NCBI RefSeq assembly: GCF_964204645.1
Contig: NC_134025.1
Span: 5,828,001-5,892,000 of the forward strand
Direction of reading: 5' to 3'
Length of the DNA: 64,000 bases
Source of the DNA: Tubulanus polymorphus
Taxonomy: Eukaryota > Animalia > Nemertea
Under the pieces are notes generated by a model, which saw only the letters and a program-made list of their open reading frames with translations, made no database searches and was not told where the DNA came from. Positions 29,001 to 41,400 of this stretch are shown in pieces. Each line of letters opens with the position of its first letter. The stretch's first letter is position 1. Both the position numbers and the translations under genes were made by a program.

Positions 29001-31603
29001 TTGATTAACATCAAGATTCGTGAATATGGCTCCGCAACGACACATACAAGCAGAGAAGTCGTATATGTCTGATGACTTCATTCATGCATGGAAAAAACGA
29101 AGAAAAACGAACAACACACAAAAGCGGGTAGCGACAAATAGAATTTATTTTGATAAAGTACAGATAAAATGAGTAAAATGCTATTGTTAAATGCTTGTTT
29201 CGTTTTATTCATCGTCAGACACGAGAAAATAAGGCAATCAGTAGAGGACTGAGACTTGTTCATTGGTACACGAATATGTGGGATGGTAGGTTATGAAAAT
29301 TATTTCACTTTCGGGGCTCTTATATCATATCACAGCCACTCGATGGATCGGTTATTTGCATGATTTCATGCATAGTTACTACATCGTTATTCAATTAATT
29401 AATGTCGCTTATTGCTGTGTAAGAACGTTCTAATTACTATGATATGACACGTAGTATACGCTGTTTCCATATATGCTATTCAGATATGAGACGGAAAGAA
29501 TTTCTCCACAAATTGATATTGAAATTAGATGCACGTCAGCATTATTTCATGTCGAGTTTTCTATCAGTAAGTACTGGCCCTTCATCGTTGGAATTGAATA
29601 GCCACCTGCAATAATAAATAGAATATGTAATTCACCTCTAATCACTGTTTACTTATAGATAAAACGACATCGAGACTTCATTACATTGTTACCCGAAAAT
29701 GTTGCTCTCAAAATCTTAGGATATTTGTCTCCAAAAGAACTATGCATCGCTGCAAAGGTTAACCATGCAATTTTGTTTATTACATATGTATATCTTACAC
29801 CCGTATTTGAAAATATTTTTATTCAATTCCCATTGATATATGAAATAGGTTTCAAAGAAATGGAAAATCATGTGCGGCCACAACGAGTTATGGAAGGCGA
29901 AATGTGCTGAGGTGAAATTAGAATTCCCGCAAAAGAAACTGAGCCGAAATCCCGTATGGAAGAAACTATATAAACAAGGTTTATCGTCCAGAAGAAACTG
30001 GTTGCACGGTCGATGTAAAATCATTGACGTAAAAGGACACGCAAACAAGTACGTTCGTCTGATTTATGTGACGATTACTCTCGTAATATTATCTGCCTTC
30101 TAATTCGTGTAATGATGATATCATTATAGTGTCCTGTCAGTGATATTTGACGATAAAGGCAAACGACTGGTGAGCGGAAGTTTGGATCAGACGATCAGAA
30201 TATGGAATGTTAATACAGGAACATTGTTATACACTCTGGAGGGTCATTCTCGAGGAATATGGAGTCTTCAGTTTTTCACTGCTGATTTTCTCATCAGCGG
30301 ATCTTATGACTGTTCTATAAAGGTTAGAATACACCTCATGTTACAGAATACATATTTAACTGGCTTCGGCAATGATCGGCTGATAAATGGAAATCAACAT
30401 TTGTCAAATTTAGATTTGGAATTTGCGGACTGGTGTTGCCGTGAGGACTATATTTGGACACGATGGTCCAGTTTGGGCGTTGGCCAGTAAAACTAAATTG
30501 ATGGTTTCTGGATCTCAAGACACAACAGTAAGACTGACATTTTTGTAAAAATGATGATATAACAGAATGGATATCTTTTGTAATTTAAGGTCCAACGGAT
30601 GACTGAAAATTCTATCTTGTATTCAGGCGAAGATCTGGGAAGTTACACGATGTTATCTGAAACATACATTACGTGGTCACACCGGTGCAGTATATACAGT
30701 CGATCTGAGCGACGATGAAACTTGGGTTCTAACAGGTTCTACCGATAGGGTAAGGGTTCGACTGGCATGTAATCATTCGGGTACATTGCAACATTAGAAT
30801 GTGTTCTTTTCTCCTCACATATTTCAATCATGTCAAGAGGGATGTATACTATGTTACTGAAATATATCTTCTCTGGAACAAAAAAAAAATTCGAAATAAA
30901 TAGAATAGAGTCATTTTTGCAGACTGTTCGTCTATGGAGGACGGATAACGGCAGTTGTGTGACTGTGATATCAGCTAGTCAAAGTACCTCGATCATGTCA
31001 GTGAGTTACAGTCGTGGTTTTATGGCCTGTTCATACGGCCATCATATCTCCATCTACAACATGGCTACCGGGGAACTTATCAGATCCTACCACGAACACC
31101 ACAAAAGGTTAACTATTTCTTGATTCCGAATTCATGAACGTGCTTCTTTCATCTGGTGGAAATATTACATATTAAGTTATTTTTACCTTTGTTAAATAAA
31201 CACGCACCTAATTCGGTGAAATGAGGTGAGAAATGTAAGATTATCTAATCTTATATTTACTGTTGCAGAATTGAAAGTATTAAATTGAAGATTTCTGATC
31301 CTGTGATCGGTGAAGGTATTCTCATTACCGGTGGAAAGGATAATATGGTTAAATACTGGGATATCACTTTGTAAGTAAATGTGGAAACAAAATGACCTTG
31401 TGAATCGGGACTGTAACCGCAGTTCTAAATTGGATTTTAACTCAGGACTTTGTAATCAGAATTTGGTAATTCCTCATTTCAGAGACAATAGCTTACACAC
31501 TTTTATCGGACACACAAATCAGATAAACTGCATAACATTCGATGAGCTGAGAATTGCGAGTGCGTCCTACGATCATTCGATAAAAATATGGGATTTTTCA
31601 TAA
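26038..31603 (+). CDS. F-box/WD40-repeat protein (FBXW7/FBXW10-like architecture)
   Basis: F-box: RDFITLLPENVALKILGYLSPKELCIAAKVSKKWK. WD40 repeats: LVSGSLDQTIRIWN, LISGSYDCSIKIWN, IASASYDHSIKIWDFS*. Stop at 31601-31603 is followed by AATAAA. The start is ATG 26038 or 26092, and the first intron is ~1.9 kb. Confidence 0.9.
26041..26067 (+). repeat. (GATATT)n hexamer microsatellite at the putative N-terminus (DIDIDID)
   Basis: gatatt x4 plus gat, read directly. Confidence 0.85.
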
Positions 31604-32364
31604 ATAAAATCAAAATCGAAAGCGTGTAATTTCATTAGCTTCGTCTTCAATCGTTTTGAGTACCGATATTCTATTTTCAGAGGGCTCGAGTAACGGCCAA
31701 TAGAAACGGCAGTACTTTTGAATCAATAATTTTGCACTCTTTTACGTCAAGATGGCGCACGGTATATATCTATAAATTTAAGAATATGAGTTATCTTTAT
31801 TACATTTTTAAGTGATCGTAGGGCTTTCGTGCATTACTACGCATTGAATAATCGCGTGTCATAAAAATCACATTTCCTAATTCGATATTGCGCTAAAACC
31901 GGTTTTCCCGTTGATATTTCAAGGCAGTTACGTCATCGCTTTGTGATCATTCCATGTGATCGTTACTACAAAATTATCAACGTGACCTTTGTCTATAGCA
32001 TTATAGTAACGAAACTATTTAGCACGCGTTTTCCTTGTGAGCGTTTGAAGTTGTTTATCAGTGTGACGAATTTTATAGGACGCTAAATAAATTGTGAAAT
32101 TCTACCTTTGATGTCGTTTAAATCTAAATTTAGAATCATGTGAGTCGCGGAGTTGGTCGTTCCATTTGGAATAGGTGCCCCAGAAAGCTCCTAGTTAAGA
32201 GGATAATTCAATTGAGGTTCGCATGTTTTTGATGCAGAGGGAAATAAAAACTTTCGCGCCATCAATTGAACTATAAGCATCGGATAAATTGTATAAATGC
32301 CGTTGATTTTTTCTCGTCTGCGGCGGCAGTGAACGCTCTCACGCGCGCGATTTTCCAGTACTCG

Positions 32365-32373
32365 TATAAATAG
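32365..32373 (+). promoter_or_regulatory. TATA box of the EGF-ligand gene
   Basis: TATAAATAG with an Inr-like CAGTC about 26 bp downstream and ~190 bp before ATG 32558. Confidence 0.55.
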
Positions 32374-32557
32374 TCGGCACTGATATTGCACAGTCCATTG
32401 ACCACGCTACTCTCTGAAGCGTGCCTCATCAAGAACCACCGCCGTCCACTGGAATTGAACTGTTTATAAAGTTTTAGTCGTTTAATACGGCAAGAATGTC
32501 AAGAATTTTATGGATATAATAGAATATTGCGTTCATATTTATTGGTATCCGTGAAGC

Positions 32558-35442
32558 ATGAATTGGATGACAGTAATTTTTTTGTTTTCGGTCATCGTTG
32601 ATCATAACGTGTTATTGAAATGTTGGGCGAGTGTAATATGGGAATACGACGGAGGCGGTCGAATTAAAAACACTAAACCTTCATCTCCCGTTCTCTCTCC
32701 GATAATCGAGAGAGATGGACGTCAAAAACATAAAGTCGAGCATCATATATCTTTCCCGTCGTTTGGACGAAAGTTGCACGAGTCGCAAGATCGGGATAAT
32801 TCGGATGGTTCCGTTAGCCGAGATATCCGGACATTCGTCTCTCCGTTCTTCGATACCATTCCAACAGAAGATATAATTACACCATTGTCACCGTCGTTGC
32901 CTTCGTTTCAACGTAGTGGTAACAGAAGACGATCGAGATCAAAGCTGTCACGCAGACGGCGAAAACTTTCGCGTCGTCCGTCGAGGCGTAGATCACGGCG
33001 TCGAAAAAAACGCAAAAACCGAGTGAACAAGCGCCAAACGCGAAACATTGAGAGATCGCTACCGGGGACGGATTATCTGGTCCCTTGCGATTACTCAGAT
33101 CGATTCTATTGTTTAAATGGTGGTAGGTGTTACTACGTCGCCGAGATAGGTGTTAAAACATGCAGGTAAGAAAAGTTCGAAAATATAATGAAAACGGTTA
33201 CCAACACGCGTTCGAAGTTTCCCCACCCCGAGTTACGATAAATTCATATCACGCATTTCTAGTGACCTGTCTTTGATTCGAGTCATTTATAAATATACGC
33301 ATAACTCTTTTTGTTTTTGTGAAAATAAGACAAAAATACTCTCAATTTTGAGAACAAGTTCATGATTTCCAAGAGCTCTCAATTCAGGTCGTTTTCTTGA
33401 CGAGCAACCAACCAGAAAAGCCAATGTTTTTTTACGGATATATAACTTCGTAATTATAATTTCATTGCCAGTTTTCGTATTATTAGATTCAAATATCCTC
33501 GTGTTGCAAAATGACACAGAAAACAGTATTTACTTGCAGCGGGATAAAAATATTCCAAATTTCAACGATATGTATATTCGATATCGTATTTGCATCAAAG
33601 CAGAAATTGGTTTCGGCAGAGCCTTTGAAGTAAAAAATCAATTTGCCCCTGATAAGAATGATAAATGGGAATTTGTCAGATTTTCGAATAGAGAATAAGA
33701 AACATAGCGTTTTATACGTAGATTTTCATAGAGAACCTTTAATAACAATTGTTCGGAGGTGCTGATGTGTACAGGTTTTGGAGTTTGTAGCCTCTTTACC
33801 CGGTACTTAAATACAGAGAATAGCGGATAAAACCGAATCGTTTATCATTTTACTTATCAAGTCTTATCAGTTAAGTTACGGAACCGAACACCTCGTTCAA
33901 TGAAACCGCTATTAATATCTCAACGGTTGAACACATATTCTTATCTGAAAAAAGCAGGAGTGCATAACATACAGCTTGAGTTCAGAACGCAAGGACACAA
34001 GTGCAAACTAATCGCTTTGACGTTTAGAAATTATCTACTCCTTTCTAATGCAGAGTTACCGGATTTTTATATAAGAGCGGGTACTAGCTTAACCCCACGA
34101 GGAAATAAATCTTACCTAAGAGCCTAGTTCGAAGAAGAGGATTTTTGAATTTATTCAGGCTTTCGTGCCCATTTATTACGTGATGTTTCATTGAATATGC
34201 ATTCATTTGACAACTTTTTTTTCAGATGTACATCCAATTTCACCGGTAACCGGTGCAGTGAACGCGATCATGGAATCGCCCAATTGATGCAATGGAAGAT
34301 AATACATGGTACAACCAGACTAGCCAAAATCAGAACTCCCAGATGGTAGGTAATTGGCTTCTAGTCGAAGAAATTGTATAAATCTATTCTATAAAATGGA
34401 CCAGAAAACGGTCCTTAGATAAGCACATCATTCTTCCACACCCAGTGTCATCGTCTTATCTAATGTTATTTTGCATCTATCATCTAAATTACTTCCCATC
34501 ACTCCCAATGAACACATTATTAAATTTAATGTGAAGAATCCATAAAATGTCTGGCTACGTAAATCCAGAATGCAGTCCCTGTATACGTGCGAAAAAAACT
34601 AACTAATGATACGATTCTTACAAAAATTTGAAGTTTAGATATAGAAAGGTCTGATGTTGTTATCATTGAGATCTTATAAGTAATCTCAATGGCGTATTAT
34701 TAAGATCATGCAATAGATATACGCGTAACAAAATTGGGAGAGCGAGCCTAATGAGACAGAAACTAAGATTATAACGAGCTAATTAGAACATCACATCGAT
34801 GATTATTGAGGGTCAAAATGTGAAGTTTGTATGTAATGAGAAAATAAATCCGGGGTTTATTCGCTCGACGTGTGTGGTGGAGAAAATCTGTAATTGCATT
34901 AATCAGGCGGTCATTGGACTACATGTCTGCTGTGGTAGTTTTTACCGCAGGAAATATGTCTATTTTGTCTCTTGCAACACGATTACTTCTCACACCTGAA
35001 AAAACCTAAACGTTTGATACCATGAAAAAATCCTTTTATTAGTTTCAATCAAAAGACAAGATGTTTCGAACTTTGGCTATAGAGATCATCGGCAGGTGCG
35101 ATTCCAATTAAATTCCTATGTACAATAATAGTATTAAGAATTTGGTGTATATGAAAATCACGGGAAGACCATTATGACGAAATGAATTAGGGTAACCTTA
35201 TTTGAAGCTTTAGGTGCTTATATACAGTCCGGGGTACTTGTTTTTTGACCGTCTGAACCACCCAGTAAAACGTACCTACTAACCCACCACGTTATACTAT
35301 ATCCTCGCCGACTATTGAGGTACCTGGTAATGATGGCAATTTTACTTGATTTGTTACAGGCAAGCAAGAAATCAAGAAGACAATGATGGATTTTCGTCTG
35401 ATAACATCCAGGATGGAGGGAAGAAATGATTCAGTGTACTGA
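32558..35442 (+). CDS. EGF-family ligand (neuregulin/TGF-alpha/HB-EGF-like EGF motif), secreted precursor; 3' exon usage uncertain
   Basis: There is a signal peptide (MNWMTVIFLFSVIV...) and an Arg/Lys-rich tract. The EGF motif CDYSDRFYCLNGGRCYYVAEIGVKTCR|CTSNFTGNRC is split by an intron between C4 and C5 (donor ~33166, acceptor 34226), as is typical of ErbB ligands. It ends either at TAG 34347-34349 or via an exon starting at 35360. Confidence 0.8.
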
Positions 35443-37475
35443 AACCTGTTTATAACCTCGTCATAAAAAAGCGCGCATTTTCAATTATCTTTGTCTGGAC
35501 TTCTTAAAACGTTTGAATCTATTTATGTTAGTCTGGGTTATGTTTGTCAATTCATCATATGATGTTACCGCCCGGATATAAATTGGATGACCGGACCCAT
35601 GCGTCTATGTGGATGGATTAAGCCGATGTTAAATGACCTAGCTTTCTTATACCATAGATAGTAAAGACAAACTAAATGTCGAGTTTCTCAGAACACCGGA
35701 GGTGTGTTTCATTTTTATTATGCATTTATATTCGGCATTGAGTGTGACTATTTTGTCTTCGTCTAAAAACGAATATTGAGGTGTGACTTTTAATTTCCTG
35801 CTAGGAATTTAAAACTTGGATTCTACCGTCGACTCTTCAACAGCAGAAAACGAGTGATTACTCCATAGCGCATACGTAAATCCCTGTTATTTGTTTTTTT
35901 GTGAGAAACTTTATTGCCATCTTGCGAACTGTTACTTATTTTTTGCATTTATCATGACGTAGTATATACATATATGTGTAAAAAGTAGAGCCAGTAAAAA
36001 GAAAATATCTTATAATAACTGTTGATGTGATGTATTGTTATGTGACATCGCTGCTTTTACTAATTTGTCAATAAGAAATCTGGGCTCACAACATGCATTC
36101 AATAATGCTTGAAATTCCTTATGAAATGTTCAAACCCATTCAATAGGGTAAAAATAATTTGTCTATGATTGATTGTATATTGGATGATGATGAAATATTC
36201 GTAGGTGGAAATATCAGAAGTGTATGAATATGAGTGTACAAAACAGATAATCTTCAGAGGAATACTTAAATGTTTATATTTGTTGTATATAAAGCTATAG
36301 TTGAATTAAACTAAATTATGGTTATGTTCGGTACTTCAATACATCTTCGAAATGACCATTACCATGTCAAGCACTGAGGACCCTGGAGATTTTTATGAAT
36401 GAAATATATTCTCTCGCTGACCACACAACGCAATGGTCATTTATAGTCCGGTCATTAATCAAAAAGCCGCCAAACGTTCTTCGGCTAATATTCGGTCACG
36501 GTCTGTGAGAAAAATTAAGTCAATTGGAAATTTTGAGGAAGGACTCGTAATAGCCTTTTCGTCCATGAAAGAATTGTTTGTTAATTTAACCCTCCTGTTT
36601 ACTAGAAAGATCGCCTCATATCCCGGTGACCCCACGAAATGTCATGGAGAACGGTTAAAGGACACAGATATAATCTATATTTGTCGTACCAGACTCGTCC
36701 CAGTCGAACAAGCAAAGATAATAAAAAGATAATACAGTGATACGAAAGACGACCAAAAAGGAACAACGAAAACATGTACTGAATATATATGAATCATTAT
36801 GGGAATGATATTCTAAACAATCCTTTAAACCTATGTATAATAAGGTTTTGCCTTACAATCACTTCCAATGTAGGCATTTTACAGGCATCATGTACGTACA
36901 AGAAGAAAATCTGAGATTTCCAATCCCTCCTAGAGTCCTATCCAGAGCGAGGCTATAGACTTTATTGTAATAAGCGCGCAAAGATTTTACCCGGGAAATT
37001 ATAAACGCTCAGGAGGCATTTGAAGCAGGTAACCGGTATGTAATATCCGCTGTAAAAGTTAGCATCCATCAAATATTTCGTCCGCAATTTTTTTTCGTAT
37101 TCCGTATATGAATTGCAATATCCATGAGAGTACACGCATTTTATGGAACATTATGCAAATATTATTCGCGACGGAGAGCAAATTCCAGTCGGAACATCGT
37201 TCCATCAAAACACTCTATTTATCTCACGAACATCAGTTTGTTTGTCTATTACACGATTCCGTGTTTGGTATCTATATCACAATCGTAGATGAATATCAAA
37301 AACGTATCCATTCGATCATTTAGATCTGGTTCAATTAATGGATATGATTGTTCAAACAAATCTAGCAGACTAATGAACATTTTAATGGTGGATACGTATA
37401 ATGTCAGCGAGCTTTTTTTAGTATTCTAATTGGTCCCATATAATTGCTGGTATTATCCCCAACCCACGCTCGGCG

Positions 37476-37987
37476 GGATGTGAATATCGATGTGCGGCTA
37501 TCGGGATCAATCGTTCATTGTACTCCAGGCGTCTAGCGTGATCGTCTGGCTCGAAGGTCGGGTTCAATAACTATACGTAAATGCCATCGTGGAATACTGG
37601 CGAAAGATACGATCTTGATTTTGCGCCGTTAAATAACCGTTCAAATATCGTGGATCTTATCTTAGAAAATATGGCGATGATGAATGACACAAGTATTAAG
37701 GGTCAACTTCAGGTTATGAAGCTCTGGGATCAATACTGCTTGGTTGACTCGTCGCTCATCCTGATACGCTTATCAGGTTAATTATCGCCCTCATGAAGCG
37801 AGTGCAGTTAAAACACCGTTTATTTGACAGCGAATCTGGTCGTATTCTATCGACGAAAAACTAGTGTTGGATTGATTCTTTGGAATGTAGATGATGTTGA
37901 AACTTCTGTATAGGACGATCTTTTCCGATTCAACGTAGCGCAGCAGTAGAATCACATGTTCCTGGTTTGACCGGGCACATTTTCTTC
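37476..37987 (+). ncRNA. Candidate 7SK-like structured RNA
   Basis: 5' GGATGTGA; an extended hairpin at 37482-37565 with paired GATC (37505-37508) and GATC (37540-37543); a 3' hairpin ATGT-T-CCTGGT-TTG-ACCGGG-C-ACAT followed by a T-run. Assessed by eye only. Confidence 0.35.
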
Positions 37988-38417
37988 AACCAGATTACGT
38001 AGCGAAATTCCCCTAATTCATATAAAAAATAAGAAAGCACATACCACACGCAATAATTATCATAACATACTTCTTTATTTCGTTGTAATCAAGATACAAA
38101 TCTAATAACATTCACCAGCATTTATTCTTAAAATTACCTTGTAACTTAGATTGAATAGCATGATAATAGCATATAATTTACCATATTCCAAAAAAGGTAA
38201 ACATTAAACATCCTGCAATTGCTGCCCGCATACATTTGATGAAAATTAATCATACAATTTAAACTATAATTACATAAATAGATTGAGTTCTAACAGAACA
38301 AAACGATATGAAATCACGAAACTGATTATAAAACCTTTGTCTAAAAAAATTATAAGCTGGCTATCAATCACAATGAAGCACATGAAATGTAGGGAAGTAT
38401 ATAGAACTTATTGTTTG

Positions 38418-41400
38418 TCAATTGTGTAATGATCCAATAAGAATTGCGTCCACTATTTCACCAGCTTTTATCTCGGAACGTTGCTCGGTTTTGACGGGTA
38501 AGACTAGGGCGGCGTTAGCGGTACTCATACTGAGTAAACGACTGGATAGCTGACAGCCAGTGCTCTGAGCAGTCGGAACCATTTCATCTTTATTGAATGT
38601 AAGAATGGAACGGTGATATTCAGGCCGTGAATCAAGATGCAGATCTGACATCACCTAGAAAATAAAATGAAAACCTTTATACTGGCATAATCCAAAGGAT
38701 CTCATTCATGAAGTTGTCAAAATGTTGTCGATTCTTTAGCCAGTAATTATTTTAAGCATTGTGTACAATGGATTAAATGGAATAGTTTTAAACACCCATC
38801 CCCATATTTGAATGTCTCATCACCACCTACTCATCAGAATGTCATATATCAAACAAGATTAAAGCAAATAAACAGTGGATATTTATACGAAAAATTCATT
38901 TTCCACTTCTAAAATTAGATACCAGCAAAGCTACAAAACAAACAGTGTGGGCAGCAGCAAATGAGCTTGTGCAATTTATTAATCAAATACCCACGATGGC
39001 AACCAGTTAGTCTGAATTTAGAATAAAGCAACTAAACCAAAACTTTGAGTTCAACACCTTCATGAAACCACCCTGATCAGATTATAGGTACAAGGGTACT
39101 TCAGTATTGAAGGCACACTAATAGCACTTAATTCATCGTACACACAATGAGGCAACCTGTTTATCACAGAGAGACAAAATTAAAAAGCTTATGAAAGGCA
39201 AAATGAATTGGTGTCACGAGTGTGTTTTAAGTGCCTAGTAATAGCTCAAAAATAACAATGGAAAACAAATACCCTACTATTTCGTCAGTTACCTTCGATT
39301 TGACAGTCACATTATGGGGCTTATGATGTCCACACATCTTTCTAAGTGCTGGTAATACATAAAGGTTGAAGGTGACAGCAGCTGACACAGGGTTTCCGGG
39401 CAAACCAAAAAATAGCAACTTTCCGCGATCAACCTGACCAGTACCAAATGTTGTAGGTTTTCTGTAAAGAGAATAAATCTTTTCTGTGTTGAGTTGAAGA
39501 TTACCTTCTGAAGATACATAATCCTCAATACATGTTAACTAATTTACCCAGGTTTCATAAACACTCGTCCAAAGTGTAAATGAATTCCAAAGTTTACTTG
39601 TAATACCTGCTTGATCAAATCCTGAAAAGATATGTTTAAGATTATGACCATGGTATCCTTAAATTAAACAGTCTGTTTAGCAGTAAATGTATTCAGAACT
39701 AACCTTTTCACCCATTGAAACTCCTCCAGATGTTAATATCACATCAACTTTCTGCGAAGCTACGTGAATCATATTTGTCAGTGATTCTGTACTGTAGAAA
39801 TAATGAATATCAAAGCATCAGTCAAAAATAAGTGGTAATTCATGAAATATACAAGAATTCAGCTATACATCGTGTACCTATCTCTAGCAATGCCGAGATC
39901 TAGTGCAGGATATCCATGTTCAATTAATGCAGCTAGTAACATACTACGATTACTGTCATAAATCTTCCCACTTTTCAATTTCTTGCCGGGTTCAACCAAC
40001 TGCAAATTCATTACCATGATTTTAATAAAAAGTTTTTTCTGGATGTAAATAGTTATATGCAAAATGGGGCCAAGTCTGCTTTTGTGATCATATAGCAGAT
40101 TCAGTCAATAACTAAGAGTTTACAACAAATGTTAGGAGCATCATGGATGTCAGGTGTAGGAGTTTTGATGTCATTAGGAGCATTATCAAGATAACATACC
40201 TCATTTCCTGTGGACATGACTCCAACCACTGGTAACCGATAAACATCAACATATGTAATACCAACCATTGCAAGCAAACCTATCTCTGAGGACCCAACTC
40301 TCTGTCCTTTCATCAGCACAATCTGACCTTGCTCTATGTCGCAGCCAACTGGTCTAAAAATTCATCTTTCAAATCACTGACTAGATCACTGTTTAATTAA
40401 TTTAGTAATACAGTAAATTAAAAAAAGATATCCATTATATATCATACATGCATTAGATATCCATTACCTTATGTCCTGACCAACTTTAGGAAGTTTTAAA
40501 ATGTTGATTTCAAGTTCAGTTTGACCTTGGTCAGCATCTTTCAACAGTTGAGTGTCTTCAACTTGAATCACTGCATCCGCACCTTCTGGTACAGGGGCAC
40601 CAGTACTAATTCTTACACAGTGACCAGAAAATACTTGGCTTTTTGGCTGGAAGTAAATATCATATAATATGAATGACATAATTATGACTTATTGTTTTGG
40701 AATTCATACAAATAGTACGGAGGACTCAACACACCAAACTTCCAGCAACAGAATCACTGAGCACATCTCTTGATCCAGCTCCATCAGCAGCTACAAATAT
40801 AGAGGAAAAAATCTAAAATTGACACTTCACAATATGGGTTGAATTTCTTCATACCAGTTCCCCATAACTGCACTCACCAATAACAGCATAGCCATCTTTT
40901 ATTGATGCATTAAATGGAGGTACAGGGTGTTTCGCTAAAACATCTTCTGCCAGAACTCTATGCAATGAATCTAGAACAAAAATATATACAAAATAAATTT
41001 CACAAGAATCATACAATTCCCAGCTGATGAAACTGGCAACAGTAGATTAGAACTGAAGGACATTATATAACCTCTAAAGAACACTCTTTCAACAGATAAA
41101 ATGGGACTTTCATCTAAAACGATTCTTGTGGCTTCCTCAACCGAGATGAGTGGATATGGTGATTCCCGTGGACGATTAGCAACTTTAGATACGTCAACAA
41201 TATCTAAAACATAATACATAAAGAAAGTGCTATGCATAATACAGAAACTGCATAATACATGTAGGATATTCAATGAACTTACTCTTTGGGGCAGAAGTAC
41301 TTAGCTGTTCATCATCAGTGACATCATGATGATGACCACAAACATGAGGTGCTGGAGCAAAAACACTCTATGAAAACAAAGTAAAAAACATTGTGACTAT

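Noticed and set aside
36433-36732. 99-aa ORF downstream of the EGF gene
   Set aside because: No recognisable domain or splice partners.
37581-37781. 66-aa ORF inside the 7SK-like island; UGA read-through (selenoprotein) on the minus strand also considered
   Set aside because: No homology is recognisable, further stops follow quickly, and no SECIS is evident.
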